This document shows positions 16,416 through 24,943 of a DNA stretch of 46,495 nt, piece by piece; positions within the stretch are counted from its first letter, which is position 1; each line of letters begins with the position of its first letter. This stretch comes from Patescibacteria group bacterium. Lineage in GTDB: Bacteria; Patescibacteriota; Patescibacteriia; JAZDEU01. The position numbers and the translations under genes are program-made. The stretch spans positions 1 through 46,495 of the forward strand of contig JBHPIX010000003.1 of the NCBI GenBank assembly GCA_042568285.1. Direction: 5' to 3'. The notes beneath the pieces were generated by a model. That model had not been told where the DNA came from and searched no databases. It worked only from the letters and a program-made list of their open reading frames with translations.

Positions 16416-17657
16416 TTACTCCCCCAATAAAATCTTAATAGCCTCATCCATCTGCGGATCTATGTCGTTATTTACATTCTCAGCTGTAAATTCAATTTCC
16501 ATATCAGGGATAATTCCTTTTTCGCTAATGCAATTTCCATTAGGCGTAAGCCACTTAGCAACTGTCAATTTCACAGATGAACCTCCATCAAATTCAGATA
16601 AACTTTGAACAGACCCTTTACCAAAAGTAGTTGTCCCAATTAAAGTTGCCTTATTATAATCCTGTAAAGCGCCAGCAACAATTTCAGACCCGGAAGCGCT
16701 ACCACCATTTATTAAAACAACTGTTTTAAAATCTTTAAGCCGAGCTCTGCCAACAGCATTATGATCGCTTTGCTTATCATCAGAATAATATTCCACAACA
16801 ACAGGTCCCTCTTCTATCCATGAGCTAGCCACCTCTACTGCAGCATCTAAATATCCACCAGGATTTCCTCGTAAATCTAGAATTATACCAGAAGGATTTT
16901 CTTTCATAATATCTTTTACAGCTTCAGCAAATTTGCTTTTTGTATCAGTATTAAAATGTAATATCCTTATGTAAGCTGTGCCATCTTCTTTAAATTCCCA
17001 ACGAACACTGTCAAATTTAATGGCATCCCTTATAATATTTATATCAAACAATTCATCTCTTCCTTTTCTAGATATAAGCAAAACTACTTCTGTTCCTTTT
17101 TCTCCCCTTATTTTGCTTACCGCTTCATCTGTATACATTCCATAAGTATCTTCTCCATCAATGGCAAAAATTTCATCCCCTGCCTTTAACCCAGATTTTT
17201 CAGCTGGAGTATTAGGAAGAGGCGAAATTACTGTCAAACGATCATTTTTCATTCCTATTTCAGCTCCAATACCCTGAAACTCGCCAGACAATTCATCAGT
17301 AAATTCTTTTGATATTACAGGTCTAAAAAAAACAGAATAAGGATCCTTTAATGACGCAACCATTCCTTCCAACGCTCCATACAATAATTCTTCCTCATTG
17401 ATTGGTTTATTTACATAATCTTTTTTTAATAAATCCCAAACATCCCAAAATAAAGAAAAATCTATATTTTCATTAAGACTAAAAGGGGATGTCCTGTCTT
17501 TAACAATAACTTTCTTTGTACTTGTTCCATTTACAGAAGATACATTAGAATTAAACACAACCTCTTTCGTGCTTCCAATGTAATAGCCTAATGATAAACT
17601 AATTATCATTATTAGAAAAACTGTTAATACATTTAATATTTTTTGTTTTTTAGTCAT
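16416..17657 (-). CDS. S41 family carboxy-terminal processing peptidase with a PDZ domain
   Basis: N-terminal TM segment. PDZ-like GIGAEIGMKNDRLTVISPLPNTPAEKSGLKAGDEI. DLRGNPGG and GGSASGSEIVAGAL motifs. Confidence 0.85.
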   Translation of the reverse strand: MTKKQKILNVLTVFLIMIISLSLGYYIGSTKEVVFNSNVSSVNGTSTKKVIVKDRTSPFSLNENIDFSLFWDVWDLLKKDYVNKPINEEELLYGALEGMVASLKDPYSVFFRPVISKEFTDELSGEFQGIGAEIGMKNDRLTVISPLPNTPAEKSGLKAGDEIFAIDGEDTYGMYTDEAVSKIRGEKGTEVVLLISRKGRDELFDINIIRDAIKFDSVRWEFKEDGTAYIRILHFNTDTKSKFAEAVKDIMKENPSGIILDLRGNPGGYLDAAVEVASSWIEEGPVVVEYYSDDKQSDHNAVGRARLKDFKTVVLINGGSASGSEIVAGALQDYNKATLIGTTTFGKGSVQSLSEFDGGSSVKLTVAKWLTPNGNCISEKGIIPDMEIEFTAENVNNDIDPQMDEAIKILLGE

Positions 17658-17754
17658 ACCTTATATACTAATTCACACTGATTTAAAACTGATTTTCACT
17701 GATCCATTATCCGTGAAAATCAGTTTCTTATCCGTGTTCATCCGTTATTATATA

Positions 17755-18612
17755 CTAAATAACTCCATTAATATGCTTTACATCAGACCACTTAAACACA
17801 GGTCCGTCTTTGCATACATACTTTGAACCAATAGCGCAATGTTGGCAAACTCCTATACCGCAATGCATTCTCCGTTCCAAAGATATATAAATATCTTCTT
17901 CTTTAATTTGTAATTTTTTCAACTCTTTTAAAACAAATTTATACATTATCGGAGGTCCGCATAAAATAACAACTGGGTTTCCGCAAATTTTAGTGTCTTT
18001 ACATAAAGTAGTTATCATTCCAATATGCCCTTTCCAGCCTTGCTCTTTTTGATCTAAGGTAATGCGCATATCAATATATTTCTTCCATTCTGGATATTCA
18101 TCCTTAAAAATCATATCTTTCTGCGACTTCACTCCATAAAATAATTGTATTTTTTTAGTTCCCCCTTTTATAAAGGGGGTAAGTCCGCCTTGGCTCGTGC
18201 CAGTCGAGACAGGGGGGATTCTTTCCCTATTTATCAGAGGTCTTAATGGAATTAAGCCAATCCCGCCAGCAATAAGCAATAAATTTCTCTCTGTTTTAGG
18301 AAAAACGCCTAAACCATAAGGTCCGCGAAAAGTCATCCTATCTCCTTTTTTTAGCATACTCATCTTATTTGTCAAGCTACCGGCTCGTCTAACGCAAATT
18401 TGAAAATATTTATTCTCTGAACTGCAAGAACAAGGAGCAAAAGGCGCTTCTCCAAAACCAGGCACACCAATTTCCACAATCTGCCCGGGCAATGGCTTAA
18501 ATTTATTCTGTTCTTTTTTATCATCAAAAACTAAAGTAAAAAGCTTTATATTATCAGTTTCCTGTTTAATATCTTTTATCTTTACTGTTGTTGTTTTATA
18601 TGGATTTATCAT
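17755..18612 (-). CDS. FAD/NAD(P)-binding oxidoreductase subunit with a C-terminal 2Fe-2S motif (PyrK / sulfhydrogenase-gamma / AsrB-like)
   Basis: C-terminal CGIGVCQHCAIGSKYVCKDGPVF. Flavoprotein-reductase-like N-terminus. Carries the in-frame repeat at 18157-18221. Confidence 0.65.
   Translation of the reverse strand: MINPYKTTTVKIKDIKQETDNIKLFTLVFDDKKEQNKFKPLPGQIVEIGVPGFGEAPFAPCSCSSENKYFQICVRRAGSLTNKMSMLKKGDRMTFRGPYGLGVFPKTERNLLLIAGGIGLIPLRPLINRERIPPVSTGTSQGGLTPFIKGGTKKIQLFYGVKSQKDMIFKDEYPEWKKYIDMRITLDQKEQGWKGHIGMITTLCKDTKICGNPVVILCGPPIMYKFVLKELKKLQIKEEDIYISLERRMHCGIGVCQHCAIGSKYVCKDGPVFKWSDVKHINGVI
18157..18221. repeat. In-frame family B+C repeat insertion
   Basis: agttcccccttttataaagggggtaagtccgccttggctcgtgccagtcgagacaggggggattc, translated as IPPVSTGTSQGGLTPFIKGGT. 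Confidence 0.8.
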
Positions 18613-18698
18613 ATTTGTTCTCCCCCTCCCAGAGGGGGAGATACAGAGGGGGTGTGATTTTAAATTTCACTACAATACTACCATCTTGATTTAATTTA

Positions 18699-19739
18699 CT
18701 AAGAATAAGATAAAATGCTTTTAATAACCTCTTTAATATCAATTCCAACTGGACATACTTTCGCGCATCTGCCACAACTAACACAGCCGGGTACAGATAA
18801 TTCATCTGGAAATCTAACAAACTTATGCTCATACCAATTATATATTCTCTCCGCTGGATTTTTTAAAAATTTTTGCCCCCCAGCAACCTCGCTAAATTCG
18901 CTATAAAAACAAGATGTCAATATTCTCTCCCTATCTATCCCATCCTCTAAACAAAAACAATAACATAATGGGCATATAAGTGAACATCTTCCACATTCAA
19001 TGCACTTTTTGCCCAAATCCTGAAAAATTTTACTATTGGGAGACAATTTTTGTATTGCTGATTTAATTTTTTTCATAATTTCACTGGGTCCTTCCTCTTT
19101 TACTAAACCAGCAAACTGAACGTTTTCATAATTAGAATAACCAAAATTATCTAAAATTCTCTGTCCATCCTCTGAACCAGTAAAAATCTTAATTCCCCCT
19201 TTATCCTCAATAATAAATATATCAAACTGAAAATGTTCTAAATTATGTTCTTCATAACAAACTGCTAATGGTCCTTTATACTCACTTGGAAAAGAAGCAT
19301 AACCAACTGTTAAAAAATTTTTTATTCTCTTCTGATAAGACGGATCCTTTTCAAAAATATGATTTAAAATAGTAATTGCTTTTAAATCAGGGGCGTTCAC
19401 GCCAAACAACACCATTCGCTGCTTTGCAGAAACACACCCCTGTCCCCTCTTATAGAGGGGAACTAAATGATTACGCTCTTCCCTTTCTTGATTAGTTCCC
19501 CCCTTGAGGGGGGTCAGGGGGATGTTTTTTTTACTTTTGAAACAACCTCCCTCTAACACTTCCTTATCAGGAACTAAAAATTTCTTAAAAGAATGTAAAG
19601 GAATTTCATTAGTCAACTCTATGTCATCAAAATTTTCAACTTGTTTTAAAACCAATTCGTTCCCTTCCCTGCTTGGAGCAATAATTCTATTATCTTTTTG
19701 TAAATATTTTAAAAAATTTTTTAATTTTCTATTATTCAT
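18699..19739 (-). CDS. 4Fe-4S dicluster oxidoreductase subunit (sulfhydrogenase-beta / AsrA-like)
   Basis: CIECGRCSLICPLCYC and CVSCGRCAKVCPVGIDI. Directly upstream of the gamma-like subunit. Carries in-frame repeats at 19432-19525. Confidence 0.65.
   Translation of the reverse strand: MNNRKLKNFLKYLQKDNRIIAPSREGNELVLKQVENFDDIELTNEIPLHSFKKFLVPDKEVLEGGCFKSKKNIPLTPLKGGTNQEREERNHLVPLYKRGQGCVSAKQRMVLFGVNAPDLKAITILNHIFEKDPSYQKRIKNFLTVGYASFPSEYKGPLAVCYEEHNLEHFQFDIFIIEDKGGIKIFTGSEDGQRILDNFGYSNYENVQFAGLVKEEGPSEIMKKIKSAIQKLSPNSKIFQDLGKKCIECGRCSLICPLCYCFCLEDGIDRERILTSCFYSEFSEVAGGQKFLKNPAERIYNWYEHKFVRFPDELSVPGCVSCGRCAKVCPVGIDIKEVIKSILSYS
19432..19525. repeat. Two in-frame family B repeat units
   Basis: acacacccctgtcccctcttatagaggggaact .. 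agttcccccccttgaggggggtcagggggatg, translated as IPLTPLKGGTNQEREERNHLVPLYKRGQGCVS. Confidence 0.8.
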
Positions 19740-19928
19740 AAGAATATATTTAATTTAGATATATTAAAACTATTTTAGAATTGTTATCCCAAAATTGACA
19801 TACTTTTGTCATCCCGTGCTTGACACGGGATCCACTCTCTAATACTGGATTCCCGCTTTCGCGGGAATGACATAAATGAAAACTCAATTTGATTTCATAT
19901 AAATATATATTACCACATCTTACTCTAC

Positions 19929-20124
19929 TTGACAATTTTAAATGATAGAGTATAATAATTAACAATATGAAAATAATCGCGACAAAAAATTTAGCTCTCA
20001 ATTTAGGTCTATTATTATTGGCTTTATTATTATTGCCTTATGGGATAGCTAAATTGAGTTTATTGCGAAATTAAAACAAAAAGCAATTAAACAAAAATAG
20101 CTGTCCCAAAAGGACAGTTTTTTT
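19929..20124 (+). promoter_or_regulatory. Leucine leader-peptide attenuator upstream of leuA
   Basis: TTGACA 19929-19934, 16 nt, TATAAT 19951-19956. Leader ORF 19967-20074 encodes MKIIATKNLALNLGLLLLALLLLPYGIAKLSLLRN, with 14 Leu in 35 residues. Terminator CTGTCC-caaaa-GGACAG plus T7 at 20101-20124. Alternative pairing is GGGATAGCT (20042-20050) with AGCTGTCCC (20099-20107). Confidence 0.7.
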
Positions 20125-20212
20125 AATTGCGCCAGAAAGGGGAATGCTCTTTGAAAAATAAAAAATTTTAGCCATAAACACTATAAACCATTAAACAAAA
20201 AAGGAGAAAAAA

Positions 20213-21751
20213 ATGTCTCAAGATAGAATATTAATTTTTGATACTACTTTAAGGGATGGAGAACAATCTCCTGGAGTGAGCTTAACGCCGGACGAAAAAC
20301 TAACAATTGCTCAACAGCTTGCGAAGCTAAATGTTGACATTATTGAAGCTGGATTTCCAATATCTTCAAAAGGTGATTTTAACGCAGTACAAAAAATAGC
20401 GAAAAATGTTAAAGGACATGTTATCGCGGCATTGGCAAGGACGACAAAAAAAGATATTCAGACAGCTTGGCAGGCGATTAAAGATGCTGAAAAACCTCGC
20501 ATTCATACTTTTATTGCTACTTCTGATATTCATCTTAAACATAGATTAAAACTTACTAGAGATGCAGTATTACAAAAAGCAAAAGATGCCATATCATACG
20601 CGAAAACATTATGCGACGATATAGAATTTTCAGCAGAAGATGCAACACGTAGCGCCCCAGACTATCTCTGTCAAATAATTAAAACTGCTATTATGGCTGG
20701 CGCAACTACTATAAATATTCCTGACACGGTAGGATACGCTATGCCCGATAAATTTATAAAGCTTCTTCTTTATATAATTTCTCGTGTTCCTAATCTGCCA
20801 GATATAACATTAAGCGTTCACTGCCATAATGATCTTGGTTTAGCAGTGGCTAATTCTTTGGCGGCTCTGAAAGTAGGCGTTAGACAAGTTGAATGCGCCA
20901 TCAATGGACTTGGAGAAAGAGCTGGCAATGCTGCGTTAGAAGAAATTGTTATGGCTATACTTACTAGAAAAGATATTTTTACTACTAGTACGAAAATAAA
21001 AACTGATGAAATTATGCGCACTAGCCAACTTGTCAGCCATTTGACAGGAATTCCTGTCCAGCCAAACAAAGCGATAGTAGGCAAAAATGCTTTGCGTCAT
21101 GAGTCTGGCATCCACGCTCACGGAGTTTTAAATGAAAAAACTACTTACGAGATAATAACTCCTGAATCAATCGGGCTTAAAGAAAGCAGTATTGTTTTAG
21201 GAAAACATTCAGGACGACACGCACTTAATGACAAACTTAAAAAAATGGGATATAAGCTGACTAATGATCAAGTAGATGCTGTATTTGAAAAATTTAAAGC
21301 ACTTTGCGACAAGAAAAAAACAGTATTTGATGAGGATTTACAGCTCATTGTAGAGGAAGTGACTAATACTATACCAAAAATTTATATCTTTAAAAATTGC
21401 AAACGATTAAATAGTGTTAATGATAAAACAAATTATCAAGTTACACTACTGGTAAAACAAATTCACCAAAAATCCACACCTTATTATACAGACAAAAGGT
21501 CTAATACTGGTGATGGGACAGTTGATGCTATCTATAATGCGATTGATAGAATCACAGGCATTCAAAGCAAACTGATGGGATACAATGTGAATTCAGTAAC
21601 TGAAGGCAAAGACGCCCAGGCTGTTACGCATATTCAAGTTAAATTCAATGGAAAGATCATTCAGGGCAGAGCATCTCATCCTGACGTCATTGAATCAAGC
21701 GCGCTCGCATATATCAACGCTCTTAATAGATTTCTTTATTATCATAAATAA
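20213..21751 (+). CDS. leuA: 2-isopropylmalate synthase
   Basis: ILIFDTTLRDGEQSPGVSL..HCHNDLGLAVANSLAA, with a C-terminal LeuA regulatory domain. RBS aaaaggagaaaaaaATG. Confidence 0.9.
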   Translation: MSQDRILIFDTTLRDGEQSPGVSLTPDEKLTIAQQLAKLNVDIIEAGFPISSKGDFNAVQKIAKNVKGHVIAALARTTKKDIQTAWQAIKDAEKPRIHTFIATSDIHLKHRLKLTRDAVLQKAKDAISYAKTLCDDIEFSAEDATRSAPDYLCQIIKTAIMAGATTINIPDTVGYAMPDKFIKLLLYIISRVPNLPDITLSVHCHNDLGLAVANSLAALKVGVRQVECAINGLGERAGNAALEEIVMAILTRKDIFTTSTKIKTDEIMRTSQLVSHLTGIPVQPNKAIVGKNALRHESGIHAHGVLNEKTTYEIITPESIGLKESSIVLGKHSGRHALNDKLKKMGYKLTNDQVDAVFEKFKALCDKKKTVFDEDLQLIVEEVTNTIPKIYIFKNCKRLNSVNDKTNYQVTLLVKQIHQKSTPYYTDKRSNTGDGTVDAIYNAIDRITGIQSKLMGYNVNSVTEGKDAQAVTHIQVKFNGKIIQGRASHPDVIESSALAYINALNRFLYYHK

Positions 21752-21828
21752 AAAAAAATTAAGCAAAAAATAAGCCCAGAAAAGTTAAAATACTAACTAA
21801 CTTTCTGGGCTTTCTTATTGAAAAAAGA

Positions 21829-22668
21829 TCAACAGCTTCTCAGATAAGATCCAAGAAACTTTACTTTCGCTAAGCCATTATCTGTTAAATGGCTTATGCA
21901 CTTCAAAAAAGATTCATCTTGATAATGTGCTAGGCAATCAACAAAAAAGATATATTGTCCTATCTGCCCATTTATCCAAGATTCTATCTTTGTCAAATCA
22001 ATACCCTTTTTTGCAAACGGATCTAAAATATTATATAACACTCCTGATTTATTATTTTTAGGATAAAGTAAGATACTTGTCTTATTATGTTTACCTTTAA
22101 TTTGACTCGTAGCTTTACTAATTATTATAAATCTAGTCATGTTATTTTTACTATCCTGAATGTATGAATCTACAAGTTTTAAAGAATACAGTTCTCTTGC
22201 CAATTTAGGCACAATTGCTCCTTGTGTTTTATCATTAGGATAGCGAGCCAAAAGTTCTGCTGATTTAGAATTGCTGCTTGTTTCAATAATCTCCGCTTCA
22301 TTCAAATGTTCCTTTAAAAAATTGCGGCATTGAGCTCTGGTTTGAGGATGACTATATATTATTTTAATATCGCCAATATTCCCCCACCCTGCTAAATGAT
22401 GCTTAACACTTATCACAAGCTCTTCTATAATAAATAAATTTAATTTAAGCAAGGCATTCAATGAATCCCTAACTGAACCTCCCATAGAATTTTCAATAGG
22501 AGTTATGCCTAAAGACGCCTTTCTCTTTTGAACAAGTTCAAAAATATCCATAATGGTTGATGTGAAAATAATTTCATGATTTTCAGAATTCATACCATGA
22601 CTCTTAAAATATTCTAAGGTTGCCTGATGGCTAAAACTTCCCTTTGGTCCTAATGTTGCAATTCGCAT
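21829..22668 (-). CDS. pheA: Prephenate dehydratase with an ACT domain
   Basis: MRIATLGPKGSFSHQA.. is the PDT domain. The C-terminal ACT-like segment reads TSILLYPKNNKSGVLYNILDPFAKKGIDLTKIES. Confidence 0.85.
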   Translation of the reverse strand: MRIATLGPKGSFSHQATLEYFKSHGMNSENHEIIFTSTIMDIFELVQKRKASLGITPIENSMGGSVRDSLNALLKLNLFIIEELVISVKHHLAGWGNIGDIKIIYSHPQTRAQCRNFLKEHLNEAEIIETSSNSKSAELLARYPNDKTQGAIVPKLARELYSLKLVDSYIQDSKNNMTRFIIISKATSQIKGKHNKTSILLYPKNNKSGVLYNILDPFAKKGIDLTKIESWINGQIGQYIFFVDCLAHYQDESFLKCISHLTDNGLAKVKFLGSYLRSC

Positions 22669-22848
22669 TTTAAAATTCCCTCCTCATTTTTAAAAAATAG
22701 AAAAACGCGCAGGGCAAACGAAAATATATAAATTCGTTTGCCCCACAAAATTATGCCATGCCAAACCCTTGTGGCCGATCATTTTGATTTTTTAAATTTT
22801 CAATATTTTTGTATTTTTCAGCGAGTCCACTCTTTTGAGTGATTGGAC

Positions 22849-23697
22849 TTAAACTCTTAAACGTAAAAACGTAAATTTGTCAGATTTTTCATCTTCAAAT
22901 TTTGTTAAATAAGTTGCCGCCACATCAACTGTCCAATTATCATGAACAATACCACTAATCACCTGAACTAATTTTCTAGGATTCTTATGCTGAAAAACAT
23001 TCCTGCCAATTGAAACTCCTGCTCCGCCAGCGTCTAAAGAACCTTTTATCATCTCAAAAATCTCTTTCTCAGTTCCCATCTTCTCGCCTCCTGCTATTAC
23101 AACCGGGACTGCGCATCCTTCTACGACCTCTCTAAAAGTTTCAGATGATCCAGTATAAACAACTTTCACTATATCAGCTCCCAGTTCAGTGGCAATTCTT
23201 GCGGCATGTTTTACATATTTAACATCATATTCCTTTTCAATTTTAGCTCCGCGAGTATACATCATAGCAAGCAGTGGCATGCCCCATTCTTGGCAGGTTT
23301 TACTAACATTACCTAAATCCCTAAGCATCTCTTTTTCATCATCAGACCCAATATTCACATGAATTGAAACTGCGTCAGCTCCTAATCTTATCGCTTCTTC
23401 AACAGAGCATACCAAAACTTTAGCGTTTGGATCAGGCGCGAGACTTGTGCTTACTGAAAGATGAATTATAAGCCCTACATCTTTCCCTCCTTCCCTATGT
23501 CCGGAAGACACTATTCCTTTATGAATAATAATGGCATTGGCTCCTCCTTGAACTACTTCATTGATAGTCTTTTTAATATTTATAAGACCTTTAATTGGTC
23601 CCATAGATGTCCCATGATCCATTGGAATAATAACTGTTTTTCCAGATATACGATTCATAATTCTTTCAAGTCTTATGTTTTTCCCTATTTCAGACAT
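22849..23697 (-). CDS. DhnA-type class I aldolase family protein, probably 2-amino-3,7-dideoxy-D-threo-hept-6-ulosonate (ADH) synthase
   Basis: [74 protein letters not shown]. Co-oriented with pheA and preceded by the aromatic-rich leader. Confidence 0.65.
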   Translation of the reverse strand: MSEIGKNIRLERIMNRISGKTVIIPMDHGTSMGPIKGLINIKKTINEVVQGGANAIIIHKGIVSSGHREGGKDVGLIIHLSVSTSLAPDPNAKVLVCSVEEAIRLGADAVSIHVNIGSDDEKEMLRDLGNVSKTCQEWGMPLLAMMYTRGAKIEKEYDVKYVKHAARIATELGADIVKVVYTGSSETFREVVEGCAVPVVIAGGEKMGTEKEIFEMIKGSLDAGGAGVSIGRNVFQHKNPRKLVQVISGIVHDNWTVDVAATYLTKFEDEKSDKFTFLRLRV

Positions 23698-23932
23698 TTT
23701 GTCCTCCCCAATTTTGTTTTTGTTATTTTTTTTGTCATCCCGTAAATCGTAGAAACGATTATGCGGGATCCAGAATCAAAACGCAAAAATCTTCAATCTG
23801 TCTCTAATCCGTGTAAATTAGTCATACATTCGTAAAAATTAGTGTTCCCCCATCACCCTCCTTTCCTTAGGCGCGAAAAACGCGAAATCTAAAAAATTAA
23901 ATTTTATTTGTCAATGAACATTAATGAACAAA

Positions 23933-24111
23933 CAAAAAACTGATCTCTATTTAGGAGACCAGTTTTTTGTTTTGAATAAATATTTTTTATTCTATACAAA
24001 ATTCCCGATCTCCAAGACCAGTAAAGAAAAAATAAAAGTTAAACCAATTTGTTGACCAAAAATTTTGTTTCATATTAAAAGATAGTATAACATAAAAAAA
24101 ATATTTGTCAA
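23933..24111 (-). promoter_or_regulatory. Aromatic amino-acid leader-peptide attenuator upstream of the aldolase-pheA pair
   Basis: Minus strand: TTGACA (24111-24106), 16 nt, TATACT (24089-24084). Leader ORF 24073-23987 encodes MKQNFWSTNWFNFYFFFTGLGDREFCIE, with 10 aromatic residues in 28. Terminator CTGGTCTC-ctaaata-GAGATCAG plus T-run at 23963-23933. Alternative pairing is GGAGATC (24013-24007) with GGTCTCC (23960-23954). Confidence 0.7.
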
Positions 24112-24141
24112 TAGCACTATGTAACGCCAAGTTATCCACAG

Positions 24142-24319
24142 TTGACATAATAGCTTATTATGCTATTATTAATAATAATATGAATATATCTCAAACCAAA
24201 ACCAATATGTTAGTGGTCGTGGAAGTCGTAGTATCAAACACGATCGGTTTTGGTTTAGAGCAAACATAAAAACATAAAAACAAACAAAACCAAATCCGAT
24301 CGCAAAGATCGGTTTTTTT
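24142..24319 (+). promoter_or_regulatory. Valine-rich leader-peptide attenuator
   Basis: TTGACA 24142-24147, 16 nt, TATTAT 24164-24169. Leader ORF 24180-24269 encodes MNISQTKTNMLVVVEVVVSNTIGFGLEQT. Segment 1 (24192-24203) pairs with segment 2 (24246-24257). Segment 2 extended (24241-24256) pairs with segment 3 (24287-24302) at 15 of 16 positions. Terminator CCGATC-gcaaa-GATCGG plus T7 at 24296-24319. Confidence 0.7.
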
Positions 24320-24444
24320 ATTTAACAGATAAAATAGTTCCATCTTTAAAAAAGAGGGCGGGGGGATTCTAAAATATAGAAAAATTTATAAACAATTTAA
24401 TGTTCTTTAAAACTTAACATCAACCATAATCTTTGGGGGAAACA

Positions 24445-24720
24445 ATGAAACAAAATATTTTAAAACAAATTAATCTATTGCTTGAACTTTACAAAAAACT
24501 TTACAAAAAACCTTTTAAAGTAATGATAGTTACTTTTTGTCAAGATGAAGCGACATCTCCTAAAAAAATTCTCATTTCAAACGGCAAAAAAATACAAGCT
24601 GATCCAAAAAAAATATGGGAATTATCACAAAAAGCTATAAAACCTGAAATGGAAAAAACAACATTGCGAAATTTAGCTAAAAACTTTTGCTACATCCAAA
24701 GAATAACTATTTGGAATTAA
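24445..24720 (+). CDS. Hypothetical 91-aa protein downstream of the Val leader
   Basis: ATG at 24445 after gggggaaaca. Lys-rich. No family recognised. Confidence 0.45.
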   Translation: MKQNILKQINLLLELYKKLYKKPFKVMIVTFCQDEATSPKKILISNGKKIQADPKKIWELSQKAIKPEMEKTTLRNLAKNFCYIQRITIWN

Positions 24721-24803
24721 GGTAAAAATTTCACTAAATGTTAACATTCTATCGCATAAACAAGGGGGGTTGACAAAAAAAATCATTAGTGTATAATAAA
24801 CAA

Positions 24804-24911
24804 CATAAAGGATGAGCAAGGTAATATACTAAAAACTCTACCTTGCTTCATATATATAGAGCCAACAAATTATAAGTATTCAATAAATATAATTTCTTGG
24901 CTCTTTTTTTT
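24804..24911 (+). ncRNA. Candidate small RNA or leader of about 105 nt
   Basis: TTGACA 24770-24775, 16 nt, TATAAT 24792-24797. Hairpin AGCAAGGTA/TACCTTGCT. Then a long terminator, AGAGCCAA-c-AAATTATA ... TATAATTT-c-TTGGCTCT plus T8, at 24858-24911. The only ORF is a 6-codon one. Confidence 0.35.
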
Positions 24912-24943
24912 ATGATAGCCTTGACACCTTCGCACACCAGCCC

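Noticed and set aside
19750-20001. 83-aa minus-strand ORF upstream of leuA.
   Set aside because: It spans family A repeats and the plus-strand promoter and Leu leader. The peptide is repeat-derived (..HSRESGNPVLESGSRVKHGMTK..).
23886-23913. A possible second minus-strand promoter (TTGACA, 16 nt, TAGATT) between the aromatic attenuator terminator and the aldolase gene.
   Set aside because: The -10 box matches the consensus at only 4 of 6 positions, and there is no further support. I note it because, if active, it would weaken attenuator control.
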